Positions 39,221-51,669 of a DNA stretch of 64,000 nt are shown here, piece by piece (the first letter of the stretch is position 1; every line of letters starts with the position of its first letter). The notes under the pieces were generated by a model, which saw only the letters and a program-made list of their open reading frames with translations, had not been told where the DNA came from and made no database searches. A program made the translations under genes and the position numbers. The DNA comes from Octopus sinensis (lineage: Eukaryota). The stretch lies in the NCBI RefSeq assembly GCF_006345805.1, contig NC_043001.1, forward strand, positions 52,080,001 to 52,144,000, written 5' to 3'.

Positions 39221-42200
39221 ATGAATTAAATGCTTAGTATTTTTTGTTCATTATTTAGCATTTAAACCAAACCTGATTTAGCAGTTCCACATGTGCTAAT
39301 CTCATCTACGTTTCCAAATATATGTATGTAGCTTGTGGTTTAGGGACATTTGGTTGCTATTTCGAACAGTTCAAGCATCTGCGAAGAGGACGGCAAGTGG
39401 CTTATCATTCGTTTTACATATTAGTAAAATAATCCAATATACAATCTTTACTGATTCAGCTTTCAAATGTAATGATTTCTAAAACAATCAAACTGACATA
39501 TATTTATATGGCCCAACTAACAGTACTTAAAGATGGAATAAGTCACCCTGTTAACGTAGAACAATTACCTGCTCTAAACAGTGATAAGACAGTAAATTCA
39601 ACGACTTTTCGACACCTGGCGTTAAAATGTTTTGGATCTAATTTAGACGTGAGTCATTGTAGAAGCGTTAAAAAGCGACCTTGTATCCGAGGCTGACACG
39701 AAAAAATGCATCTTAAATGAAATATGAGTTTTAGATTTACATCAGAAAATGGAGAAAATCTGTTCTTCAAATATTCAGAAGATTTTTTTTATTATATAAA
39801 AATATTTTGAACACTAACCTGCGAAAGATTAATCGATTGAACCCTACTGCTTAGATTTGGATTACAGTTTTAAGTGAGACTTGCAAGTATCTATGATTCT
39901 ACTAAATACTTCATTTGCATCGAACGTGGATGACATATCAATGTTAAAAACGCAAGAAAATTTTATTATCATATTGTAAACAACCGATGATTTTAACTGC
40001 ATGTATTACTAAAGACATTTTAAATACTATGGATATTTTAAATTCTGAAAGGGTAAAAGAATAGCGACAGAGGATTACTCATCTCTCCTGAAAGACTAGC
40101 TAAACTTGTTAAGAAAGGCAAATTACTAGGAAAGCTGAAATCGTCTGCGATTGCTTCCAATTCATAACTATATGGAGAAAAAGAAAATCTATAATCACTT
40201 ACAAAATGAAGTCGGTATTATTAAACTCCGTTCTTACAAGAAATTTCGCGGAGCTAGAGAAACATGGTGAAAGAGAAATAAAGGAAGAGAAAGAGGGAGA
40301 AAGAAGAAAAGGGAGAAAGAGTGAGAGATAGAGAAAGAGAGAGATAGAGAGATAGAGAGAGAGAGGTGAACGAAGAAGAGGGTGAAAAAGAGAGGGAGCT
40401 GTGACGGTCAGTTAGGAAGCTAGCAACTGAGGAAGATATAGAGACGTCATCAGAAATATTGTGAATGTAAATTTTACAGCATTTTGCTGATATGGTGAAA
40501 GAAAAAAATGAAGATATTTACATAATTGAAAATAGCTCTTTCAAATTAATTCCCATCGGATATTTGGTTTCTATTGGCAATCAAATCAATTTAATGATTA
40601 GTTTTTAACGAGCTTTCACTTCATTAAACGTATTTCCATATGGAATGACTAAGAAAAGGTATTATAGGACCGGTATGTTTACGAATGATGTAGCGAATAT
40701 CCTCCTAATCCAGCAGTTATCCACACATATAACAAGTCGAAGTGGAAGAGAGTCATTTCACACTTCTTGCATGATAATTGCCATGCATTTCTATCAATAT
40801 TTATTTATTTCATCCATTTATTTCTTTTTACTCCATTAGACTATTTTATTACTCTATGTCAAGGGAAAAGACAAAATATTGTGAAATAATTGTGATTTTT
40901 TCTGCAAAAATAAAAAAAGTCTAACTAAATTAGTGAAGTAAATATTACGCTTCACAAATAAAGTAGAAAAATTATACAATAACGGCAAAAAATTCGAGAG
41001 AAAATGATATTCCAGTGTGTTAAACATTATCATAGTGATCAAAACGGCAATTATGCTATATATTTTGTTTCGCTATATATGATAGTCTCCGAAGATACTT
41101 TAACTGATATGAGAGAGATTTAAATTGAAATGGTAAGAAGTTATCATAAAATATTAAAAATATTTTAAATCTAAGATAGTGACAATCGCTACTTATAGCT
41201 ACAGTACAAGATTTCGATTAATTTTTCATATATTGTTTTCATATTTTTACTAATCACATAAACATAAACAGTTTATACTCAAATGATGTTGAATAAAACA
41301 TACTTTTAAATAGAGATCGTATAAAAGATTCAAACTTCTAATGATTTTGAAGCTATCTATTGTACGTTAAAATCATTATGAGTTCAAGCATGAAGTGGGG
41401 GTGAAAATGTGTTTCGTAACTACATGCATAATTTTGAGTAAATATTGTTTTGTACCATAGTACTCATCTCAACCAAAGTCTATGAATCATATTTAATAGT
41501 TAGAAGAGATCGATGTTAACTATTTAACATAACCACCGAGCCTTTGCATATCTTTAGTAGAATCCGCGCTCTCCTTATCTTTCTGATTAAGACATTATAA
41601 AACAATTATTAGTTTAAAATTGTTAAAAATGAACTGGCTGGGGAAAATAGTGATGAGGCAAAACAAACATGGAAGCAACTACAAAGATATTTGAACAGAG
41701 GACAGCAGAATATCAATTTACTAAAATTACTAGACACATTAGTTCTGGTGTATATACCTGAGTGTGAGTTCAATCAAACACATTGAGTAATCTACGCTGC
41801 TTTTCAACATGTTCTTGAATGGCCGGTGGGCATTTTAATTTCGTAGACTTGGACCAGACGGAAATTCATGCATGGAAACTGTGCAACGATCTGATAAAGT
41901 ATTATTAGAGTTGATATGATGTTGCTAGACACAATAATATTGACAAAAAATTACTAGACATTGCATAGTAAACATAAAGTTCAGAATGCGATTAAAATAT
42001 GTAACCATAGTTATGAAATTTATTAACTGAGATTTTACATCATTTATGTAAAAGAATTGCATTGCAATTAAATATTTTAAAGATGTATGCCAATCCCGTG
42101 TATATTGTGAACAAGCAATAAATATATTTGCAGTCATTAGTTTACAATATAGGGTGAGAAAACCTAACATCACAAGTGAGTCAAGTGTAATATGTAGAAA

Positions 42201-43404
42201 TTATGCATTGATAATCATCAAATAATACTTTATATTATACTAATCATCAAATAAGGAGAGTTGATAACCTATTGCTGCACAGAATATATATCCTAAGATA
42301 TATATTCGGTTATATATCTTAAGATAAAAGCAGAGTTATTGAAAACTTAGCTGCTGTTATTATAAGACAACGGAGTAACCAAGAAATTTAGTTGAAACCA
42401 TTTTAAGATGGAAAACCCAGTAGAGGAAAGTAATATGAAAGCAGTAAAAACATAAATATCTGAGTTGATGAAAACTTTTTAACATCGAAACTCGTATTCA
42501 TAAATCACTTCCAGAAGCTTCAATCGACGAACAAACGAATGGTAGCCAACTTAAATGTTTAATTCAGGGATTTCAAAATAGTTAATTTTGAATAACATAC
42601 CAACAGTACGTCTACTGGAGACATCAGCTAATCGATGGAATGCATTAGTTGGAAGAAAATAAATATATACTATTCTGCTAGTTGAGAAATAAATCTAAAA
42701 ACATGAATGATGAAGCAATATTAAGTATATAGTAATGGGGTAAACAAGAGGTGAAAGAGGTATTGATGTTATTAGATATATCATCTGTCGTATGATGTTC
42801 ATATATAAGCTACAAATATCTAATATATTTAACAAAAATAGTCTACTTGGCGTTTACATTGAAGCTATTATAGCTATTATATTTTAGTTCGTTTCATTCT
42901 TTTTATAATATTATAAATTAAGTAGTATTACTGTTTATATTCTTAAAACAAAACAATATAATTTTATGCTATTAATCTTAAATATCTGAACTGAGTTGTT
43001 ATTTGTGCCGATGGACATAATTTTCATTAAACATTAGATTTCCACGTCAGTTAATCATGTTTGTTATGCTTATGTGCTGAGGCCGAAATTTATGATACCT
43101 CATCTTAAGTAGCATTCTAGCAGTTATATCCATATAAGCACAGTGCCATGGGACAAATATAGGAAACTGCGTGATATTTAACTCCATTTTCGTTAATAGC
43201 TGCTATACTGGGCTGATCTCAACATAGGGTCTAGTATTTCTCATAATTATATTCACATAATTCATTGAACGTTTAGTATAATTCTACGGTTATTATTCTC
43301 ACACATGATTACTATTTCCACAGTAAGTGATTGAAAGAGATTACCCAAACTCAATGTCGAGACTTTCTTTACGTAACAATCTATGCATTAATACTTTCAG
43401 AAAG

Positions 43405-43620
43405 AAGGCGGTGAGCTGGTAGAGTTGTTAGCCCGCCTGGCAAAATGCTTGTGGGAAATGGATTAGACTATTAAATTGACTCTAGTCCTTGAGTGGTACT
43501 CTATTTTGTCTACCCTGAAGGACGAAAAGCAAAGCTGACCTGAGTAGGGTACGAATTTAGAATGTAAAATGGTAGGGTGAAAGCCAGGAGGTTTTTTTCG
43601 TCCAACGTTCATCCGATGCT
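43405..43620 (+). mobile_element. SINE family B, degenerate
   Basis: aaggcggtgagctggtagagttgttagcccgcctggcaaaatgctt head. Confidence 0.6.
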
Positions 43621-43949
43621 GTCAATCTATCGCTCTTGCCTTCTCATCATATATACATTAAATATCTAACGTTTATTACTTATATTATTAACAGCTATTG
43701 AAAACATAAGGCATAACCAGCATTCTGCTCACATATGTTTTTGGTTTTAAGGGTTTTTGTGTAAGGAGAATGGTCAGTACCTGTGCCATTTTCCATGAAT
43801 ACAAGACTAGTGGGAATTATATTCAGGCTGTAACTTGACCTGAATAAATACAATAGAATGGAATACACTAAATTCACTCAATGGAGAAATTCTGGAGCTA
43901 AACTAAGGAAAGGTTTAATTCTCGCACCCAAAGGAAAAATCAATCTTTT

Positions 43950-44110
43950 TAACAGGCTTCTATCCAGCTTTCGTCAACCGAATCTCACTCATAAGGCTTT
44001 TATGTACACGATAACATAATAGAAGACACTTGCCTAAGGAGCCGTGCAGTGACATTGAACTCTACATCATGTGGTTCCGAAGCAAATTTCTCAAGAATAT
44101 AGCCATGTCT
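43950..44110 (-). mobile_element. SINE family A head, degenerate
   Basis: ctcactcataaggc..atagaagacacttgcctaagg..catgtggtt. Confidence 0.6.
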
Positions 44111-44231
44111 CCACCTACGAAGGAGTTAATACACAATTTATGATACCAAATCTCCTAAACGTTACGCAATTGATTCTAAATAGAATTTCATTAACACTCT
44201 ACAACATGTATATCGAAACTCTGTCTGATTT

Positions 44232-44575
44232 TATTATTATTATGAGAAGAGAGCGGTGAGCTGGCAGAAACGTTAGCATGCCGGACAGAATGCTTAGCCT
44301 TTCATCCTTTCGGGGTGGATAAATTAAGTACCGGTTACGCCCTGGGGTCGATATAATCGACTTAATCCGTTTGTCTGTCCTTGTTTGTCCTCTCTGTGTT
44401 TAGCCCCTCGTGGGTAGTAAAGAAATAGGTATTTCGTCTGCCGCTGCGTTCTGAGTTCAAATTCCGCCGAGTTCGAATTTGCCTTCCATCCTTTTGGGAT
44501 TGATTAAATAAGTACTGGGGTCCATGTAATCGACTGAATCTCCTCCTGCAAGCTGCCCTTATGGCAAAAATTTGA
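44232..44575 (+). mobile_element. Nested SINE family B (3' half of one copy inside another)
   Basis: Head ..atgcttagcc | tttcatcc..aaagaaatag | gtatttcgtctgcc.. remainder. Confidence 0.8.
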
Positions 44576-45272
44576 TATTATGATGACAGCAGTTTAGAAC
44601 AGTGGATTAGCAAAATCATTAAAGCGTCCGAAGAAATATTTCACAGTGTTTGTTCCACCTCTTAACCTTCATGAGTTCAAATCCTGCCGTTGTCAAAAGT
44701 ACTTTTTATCTATCCGGTTTTGATGAAATAAAGCGCCATTTAACTATTGGGTTCGACCTAATCCATCAACCACACTACTTAAAATTACTGGTCTTCTGTC
44801 TCTATTAGAAACAGTTGTTTTTAATATTTTGAACAACCAGCAATTTGTAAACCATATCAACTCAGTCCAACCCGATCACATCGCTTTCCGTGTCGTTTCA
44901 TTTCCCTGCTGTCTCAATCTCAAAAACCTAATCCAATTATTTAGATTGAAATTTTATTCTCATTCCTCTTGGGACCTTCCTTCCTATTTTTCTTTCTTTA
45001 CAGGCATCTTAAACCTACAAAAAATGAAGTCGAACATCAACTTGCATTAGCTCCCATCTTTGAGGTGAATTCTTGACCGTTTGTTTGATAATGCGAAAGT
45101 AAAACTAATTCTATAATCTATTAATTACAAACTTACAAACGCACATTTTTTTTTTTTACGTTAGGCTGTACATATTCATATCGATAGGATGAGTATAATT
45201 TTTGGACAAGAACATTACACACATACAACGCGCGCGCACACACACAACTATGTATGTATTTGCATATATATG

Positions 45273-45300
<28 letters not shown>

Positions 45301-45303
<3 letters not shown>

Positions 45304-46335
45304 ACTTAGATATGTTTCGACCAAAGATTGGTCCAGGCCATGTCTAAATTAATAGCACCACCTGATAGGATTATTCGAATCCTGTTTAAGTCAAGTTTTG
45401 TTTATGGTCCATTCAAGTAGTGAGTTTTTGTTGGGTGAGTTGTATCCAATTATGGGTGGCTTATCTGGTATTCTTTGAAGGAATCTATCCAGACTCCGTT
45501 TAAAGTTGATGGGATCCTTTTCCTCTTTGATCTCTTTCGGGACAATGTTAAATAGGGCAGGGCCTGTTGAGGAAAAGAAATTATGTTGCAGTGTACATGT
45601 ATGCTGTGATCTTGAATTGGGCAGGGGACGTATGGCCCGTGGACCCAGTCTTGGATGAACCTTGAAGCTAATGTTCAGGTCGTTTGGGCAAAGTTGGCGG
45701 TATATTCTCCACATCGTACAAATGATGTACCGCTCACGGCGACGCTTTAAGGCGATCCCAATAATCGAGAGCAGCCATGCCTTCAATTCGTTTAGTGAGT
45801 GCCCTCTGGGGTGATTCAATCCTCGAGATGTTTTGTCTTGTATGGGGAGACCACAGTGGGCAGCAGTATTCGAGGTGTGGCCGTACAAAGGAGGAGAAAA
45901 GTGGTATGATGACACCTTGTTCTCTGGACCGGAAAGTTCTTAAGATCCAGGAACTCATCCGACGAGCTATATCGACCTTCTTGTTGATGTGTGCACTCCA
46001 ACTGAGATCGTCATCAACAATTACACCCAGGTCTCTGATATTGTTAGAGGCTGTGAGCGGTTCCCCTGAAGGAAGAGAGTATGGCTGTTTTAGTGAGGAA
46101 TTTCTTCCAAAATGCATCAGCTCAAATTTTCCCTCGTAGAGTTGCATTTTTTTTCTGTCTGCCCATTGACTCACAGCATATAGATCAGACTGGAGTTGAG
46201 TTCGGTCTACTTCTTCATTGATGATTTGCTGGAGCTTAGTGTCATCAGCAAATGTTTTCACTTTGCAGTAATGTACGACACTGGAAAGGTCGTTTATGTA
46301 AATTACGAAGAGTAGCGGACCTAAGACAGTCCCCC
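45301..46335 (-). mobile_element. CR1-clade LINE family B, copy 2 (5'-truncated, 23-nt internal deletion)
   Basis: Visually >90% identical to 25249-26441; same 3' tail. Confidence 0.95.
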
Positions 46336-46457
46336 ATATATATATTGATTGATTGATTGATTGATTCTAGTTTCAGCTTATGAGCTGTGGCCATGCTGGG
46401 GCACCGCCATTTGGTGTTGCTACTTGGTTTCACTTCATGGAGGCTTTCTAGCAACTG

Positions 46458-49429
46458 CTATTTGGTGCATGAGAGAGAGTTCGATGCAGCTGCCCTCATC
46501 TGCCCCTCCTGCCGTGAAGTTGGTTCATCTGGGACACCTGACAGGAAGAGATCCAGCTTCATTTTAAAGACATCTGTATCCACCCCATGCAGGTCTCTCA
46601 GGTTCTTCGGGAGGATATTGAAGAGCTGTGGGCCTCGGAAGCCCAGGCTATCACAGAATCTTGTCCTACATCTTGATGGCAGGTTTGGAGTCCTAGGCAC
46701 CACGCAGTGGCGCCCAGTTCTGGCATTTGCGTAACTCTCGATGCCAAAGTTCAGGACACTTCCCTCCAGGATCTTCCAGATGTATATTATGGCATGTCTT
46801 TCCCGCCTACGCTCCAGGGAATATAATTTTAATCTCTTGAGTCTTTCCCAGTAGCTTACATTCTGCATAGAGGCTATCTTCTTGTGTAGCTTCGTTGGAT
46901 CGCCTCAAGTTCTGTGATCAACTTGACACTGGATGGTGACCATAGCTGAGAGCAATAGTCAAAGTGGCTTAGGACAAGTGTCTTCCAGAGGACCATCATG
47001 GTTTCTTGTTCTCTTGTTCTAAAGGTTCTAAGAATCCATCCAGCCAGCCGTCTACATTTCATTGTCAGTTTAGCAACATGTACATGAAAGGTCGCGTCAT
47101 CACTCATGTGAATACCCAGGTCACGCACTGATTGTGCCTCTGGGATTGCAATCCCTCCGGGTCCAGTGTATTCATTGGGTATTGCATTCAGTTTTGCATG
47201 CTGATAGTATAAAGCTTGAAACTTTCCAGCATTGAACTGCATGCTATTCTTTTCAGCCCACTTGTATATTTCGTCCAGCTCACATTGCAGGTGTTTAGTG
47301 TCCTCAGGGTTCTGTATTGCCTGTGAAACTTTTGTATCATCTGCATAACTGTGATCGTGGCTCTCTGCGTGGCTGAGAGCATGTCTGAGAGGGCCATTAT
47401 GAACAGTAGTGGTCCCAGAACAGTGCCCTGCGGAACACCGCTCACTATTTGTGTGTTAATGGAGGTGGCCCCATTGGCTACTACCACCTGACTTCTATCC
47501 TTCAGAAAGTCATGAAGCCATTCTCCCAGTTTTCCAACTATGTTGAGATCACGCAGTTTGTGACATATCATTCCATGATCGACTTTATCAAAGGCCTTTG
47601 CAAAGTCGAGATATATCACTTCCACATTTGAGTGGTTGAGCAGCCGTTTCAGCACCCAGTCATAGTGTTGTAGGAGCTGAGTTAAACAGCTTCTCCCTGG
47701 TCGGAAACCATGTTGGGTGTCGGGCAGCAAGTCATTCTCTTCAAGGAAGGTGATCAGCTTCCTTCTGACTATTCGTTCCATGACCTTGCTGATGTGTGAG
47801 GTCAGAGAGATAGGTCTATAGTTCTTGGCTTCCGCTCTGCTACCTCCTTTATGAATGGGGCATATTTTACCTTCCTTCAGTTTTCCTGGAAGTTTGCCAG
47901 CTGCAAGGAAGCTCTGAAAGAGGAACTGCAGTGGTCTTGCTAGGACTCTCTTACATGCTTTTAGGAGGATTGCCGGGAATCCATCGGGGCCAGTAGCTGA
48001 GTCTGTTTTCATTTCATCTATAGCCTTGGTTACATCGTCTTCCTTTATATCGATGTAATCTATCGTCGCCGCCTCTGATTTTATATCTGCAGTGGTAAAA
48101 AAGTCAGTTGGATTGGTGATTTGGAGATGCCCAAGGGGTGGAGTGAAAACACTCTTGAATTGCTCATTCAGTATTTCACTTACCCTCATTGGTTTTCCTG
48201 TAAGTGTGCCATCCTTTTCGAGGAGTGGCCCTATTCTACAGTGCACTGTAGCTGTTTCTTTGGCATACCTGTAGAAAGCTCTGGGGTTAGATTTTATGTT
48301 TTCTATAGCCCAGGCTTCTTTGTCTGCTCTTTCTTTTTCATGGGAGAGTTGCAGACATTTTTCGATTTCCAACAGTTTTATTTTTAGGCGGGACTTTTCA
48401 CTGCTTTCAATCTGTTTGTTTAGGCGATTTGAAATTTTGTACGCCGTCTCATTAAAATTTTCCTCTCTCTGGGGATTTTGTTCTTGTGTACAGTGGCCTT
48501 TCTCTCTGGGACACATTTGTAGCACATGGCTTGCATTACAGACATGAATTGTTGAAGTTTCACGTCGATGTCTGGCGAGGAGAGACATTTAGGCCAGTTT
48601 TGTTTGAGGATCTCTTTCTCAATTTGTTTCCAGTTTGCCTTATGGTAGTTCAAGCTGGAAAGATTTTGAGGGTTCTTGTAGGCTGCATGTCCGTGCTCTC
48701 TTTTGGCCCGTACATGGTCAGCTCTATCATGTTGTGATCCGAGAGTAGTGTCGGTGTCACTTTCACATTATGGATGAGATCCATGTCATTTGTGAAGCAG
48801 AGATCCAGTGTGTTACCTGCCCTGGTTGGTTGGAGTATTACCTGCTCCATGTACAGGGTGTTGATGAGGTTCAGGAGGGACCTCGCCTGTCCTCGTTCAC
48901 ATCTTGTCATTCCTGGGAGAGAAAGGCCCTCGGGCCATCTGACATTGGGCAGATTGAAGTCTCCCATAAGAAGCACACCTATGTGTTGTTCTAATGTGGT
49001 TAGAATTTCTTCTATTTTTATAAGGCAGTCTTCAAACTTGCCCACATGGCTTGGGGCATCTGGAGGGCGATATGTAGCACACACAACTACATCAAGTTGC
49101 TTAATATGTACAATTAGTGTGTCACAAACCGAGTTTGAGTATGACAAGAGGACCTGGGGTGTGAGGTCCTCACGGATGTACATAGCAACACCTCCATGAC
49201 TCCTTTCTTTCCTGTCGGGCCGTAGTACAGCATACTGTGGTATGTGTAACTCCGCATCTGCTATGTCCGGTTTCAGGTGCGTTTCTGTAAGTGCTATGCA
49301 TATGGCTTGATTGCATGCAACAAAGTCTCTCAGGAACGGGATCTTTGTCCTGTTACTGAGTGTTTGCAGTCCTCTGATGTTCAGTAGGAGTATCGAGGTG
49401 AGGTGTACGTTGTTGCCGGCGGTGTCCAT
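46458..49429 (-). pseudogene. ORF2 (APE endonuclease + reverse transcriptase), split by four 1-nt deletions
   Basis: LLNIRG, LTETHL, GDFNLP, NTLDLCF, SDHNMI, GPDGFP, YRPISLTS, QHGFR, YLDFAKAFDKV, GVPQGTVLGPLLF, (S)YADDTK, RDLGIHM, LYSLERRRER. Confidence 0.9.
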
Positions 49430-50292
49430 CCTGTGTCTGTTTGCTGTGGTGGTCTGGTATATAGTGGGTAGTCCCACCTGCGGGCTTGGGTTTGATGAAG
49501 CCAGGTCAGCTGCTGTACAATCTTTTGTGCCATGCACAAAAAAGATTGTTGCTCAGCAGCTGCTCTTTCGACAACATCATGTTGGCTGTTTGTGGCGCGC
49601 ACAACATCTGCGTACCTCCGCTTTGGGGCAGGTGGTGCGTGGTCCATCCCTTTTCTTTGTGTTGATGGTTTGTCCATCTGCCTCGTGTCTCTGTGGCAGG
49701 GTCCCCGATGTGCAAAGCGGCAGCCTGCACCTTCCTTTCCGTGCCAGCAGGAACCTCTCAGGTAGAACATACACACCCGTGTGCGCTGTTTGGTTCCATC
49801 CTTTGCGGTTCCACTTCTACTCCTGGTTGTTTCTCTCTTTGGTCCTGCTTGAGCTTTTTCTTTTCCTTTAGCTCTTCCAGTCCTTCTTTTAGTTCTTCTT
49901 CCTCCCTCTACCTCTTCACTGGGTTCTCCGTCTCCATGGCCCTTGCTGCCGGTTGGAGAACTTGCACCTGGGTTCACTTCCCGGGCAGGTTTCTCATTCA
50001 AAACCTCCTCCTGGGCGTCCACCAGGTGGGGGTGACTTCTTTCATCGTCTCCATTCTTGCCATCTTTGCCCCGCTCGTTCTCAAAGATGGCATCAAGTGC
50101 GCCAATGTGCGACCGTACAAGCGCATATGAGCGCACGAATTCCTGTCTCTTTCGCTCCATCTGAGCCGCTGTCCTCTTGTAGCCTCTGCTCTTCAGCGCA
50201 GCCGCAATCACCTCGCTAGGGCTATCTCCGCCGGCGCACTCCCATGCTCGTACGAATAAATCCAGCTCGTCACGTCTCCATGCTCTGGACAT
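49381..50292 (-). CDS. LINE ORF1 protein (303 aa): Myb/SANT-like N-terminal domain, charged linker, CCCH zinc finger
   Basis: Open ORF; WRRDELDLFVRAW..EVIAAALKSRGYKRTAAQMERKRQEFVRSY; CMFYLRGSCWHGKEGAGCRFAH (C-x7-C-x8-C-x3-H). Confidence 0.8.
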   Translation of the reverse strand: MSRAWRRDELDLFVRAWECAGGDSPSEVIAAALKSRGYKRTAAQMERKRQEFVRSYALVRSHIGALDAIFENERGKDGKNGDDERSHPHLVDAQEEVLNEKPAREVNPGASSPTGSKGHGDGEPSEEVEGGRRTKRRTGRAKGKEKAQAGPKRETTRSRSGTAKDGTKQRTRVCMFYLRGSCWHGKEGAGCRFAHRGPCHRDTRQMDKPSTQRKGMDHAPPAPKRRYADVVRATNSQHDVVERAAAEQQSFLCMAQKIVQQLTWLHQTQARRWDYPLYTRPPQQTDTGWTPPATTYTSPRYSY

Positions 50293-50344
50293 GCTGGATA
50301 ATCCGTCTATCCGTTTATCTATCTAATTATGTTCGAGAGAAGAC

Positions 50345-51430
50345 AGGAAGATATTAAGGCTAATTAGAAGATAGAGTACTTGAAAAAGAAATATTAACAA
50401 TATTAAAGTTTGTGTAAAAACGTTATTTAATCTTAAGGCTAATTAGGAGATAGAGTATCTGAAAATATATTAGCAATATTAATATTATATTAGAGTGTGG
50501 GTAATATTAAACGTTATTTAATTTAATCTTAAGGCTATTAGAAGACAGAGTATCTGAAAATATATATACAATATTAAGCAATATTAACCGTTATTTAATT
50601 TAATCTTAAGGCTAATTAGACGTTTTAATATTAAACGTTATTTAATTTAATCTTAAGGCTAATTAGAAGATAGAGTATCTGAAAATATATTAGCAATATT
50701 AATATTATATTAGAGTGGAAAAAACGTTATTTAATCTTAAGGCTAATCAGAGATAGAGTATCTGAAAATATATTAGCAATGTTAATATTATATTAGAGTG
50801 TGGGTAATATTAAACGTTATTTAATTTAATCTTAAGGCTAATTAGAAGATAGAGTATCTGAAGAATTATTAACAATATTAAAACAATATTAAACGTTATT
50901 TAATTTAATCTTAAGGCTAATTAACAATAATTATTAACAATATTAAACAATATTAAACGTTATTTAATTTAATCCTAAGGCTAATTAACAATAATTATTA
51001 CAATATTAAACAATATTAAACGTTATTTAATTTAATCTTAAGGCTAATCAACAATAATTATTAACAATATTAAACAATATTAAACGTTATTTAATTTAAT
51101 CCTAAGGCTAATTAACAATAATTATTAACAATATTAAACGTTATTTAATTTAATCCTAAGGCTAATTAGACGTTATTAATATTAAACGTTATTTAATTTA
51201 ATCTTAAGGCTAATTAGAAGATAGAGTATCTGAAAAATTATTAACAATATTAAAACAATATTAAACGTTATTTAATTTAATCTTAAGGCTAATTAACAAT
51301 AATTATTAACAATATTAAACAATATTAAACGTTATTTAATTTAATCCTAAGGCTAATTTGACGGTATCAATATTAAACGTTATTTAATTTAATCTTAAGG
51401 CTAATTAGAAGATAGAGTATCTGGAAAATT
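50345..51430. repeat. Modular AT-rich minisatellite in the LINE 5'UTR, 16 core copies
   Basis: Core aatattaaacgttatttaatttaatc(t/c)taaggctaatt with three recurring spacer modules. Confidence 0.92.
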
Positions 51431-51669
51431 ATTATATCGAGAACAGTTATTGAAAATGTAAACAAACCAAATGACGATCGCAACTTTAACTAAGATGTGG
51501 GCCTAAGTGAAAGATAAAATAGAATAATAAATAAAATATGAAATAGATGAAATTGATACTTAATCCAACAATGTGGTCTGGATTATTTTTTTTGGTTTAC
51601 GGGATTTTTTTTCAGGAGAGATGCTTCTTTTTTCTTTCTTGCAGGAGATAACTTGATTCAGTTATTTTT

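Larger units (their letters stand above)
46345..51490 (-). mobile_element. Full-length CR1-clade LINE family A: 5'UTR tandem array, ORF1, ORF2, 3' stem-loop, (CAAT)n tail
   Basis: ORF1 49381-50292; ORF2 APE+RT ~46430-49429; 3' ggcggtgccccagcatggccacagctcataagctgaaac + (caat)n; the 5' limit near tttgtttacatt (~51460) is approximate. Confidence 0.9.

Noticed and set aside
45777-50219. Plus-strand ORFs overlapping the CR1 elements
   Set aside because: Antisense shadows of the coding strand
50345-51430. CRISPR-like repeat/spacer appearance
   Set aside because: Spacers are reused modules rather than unique sequences, there are no cas genes, and the context is a eukaryotic LINE
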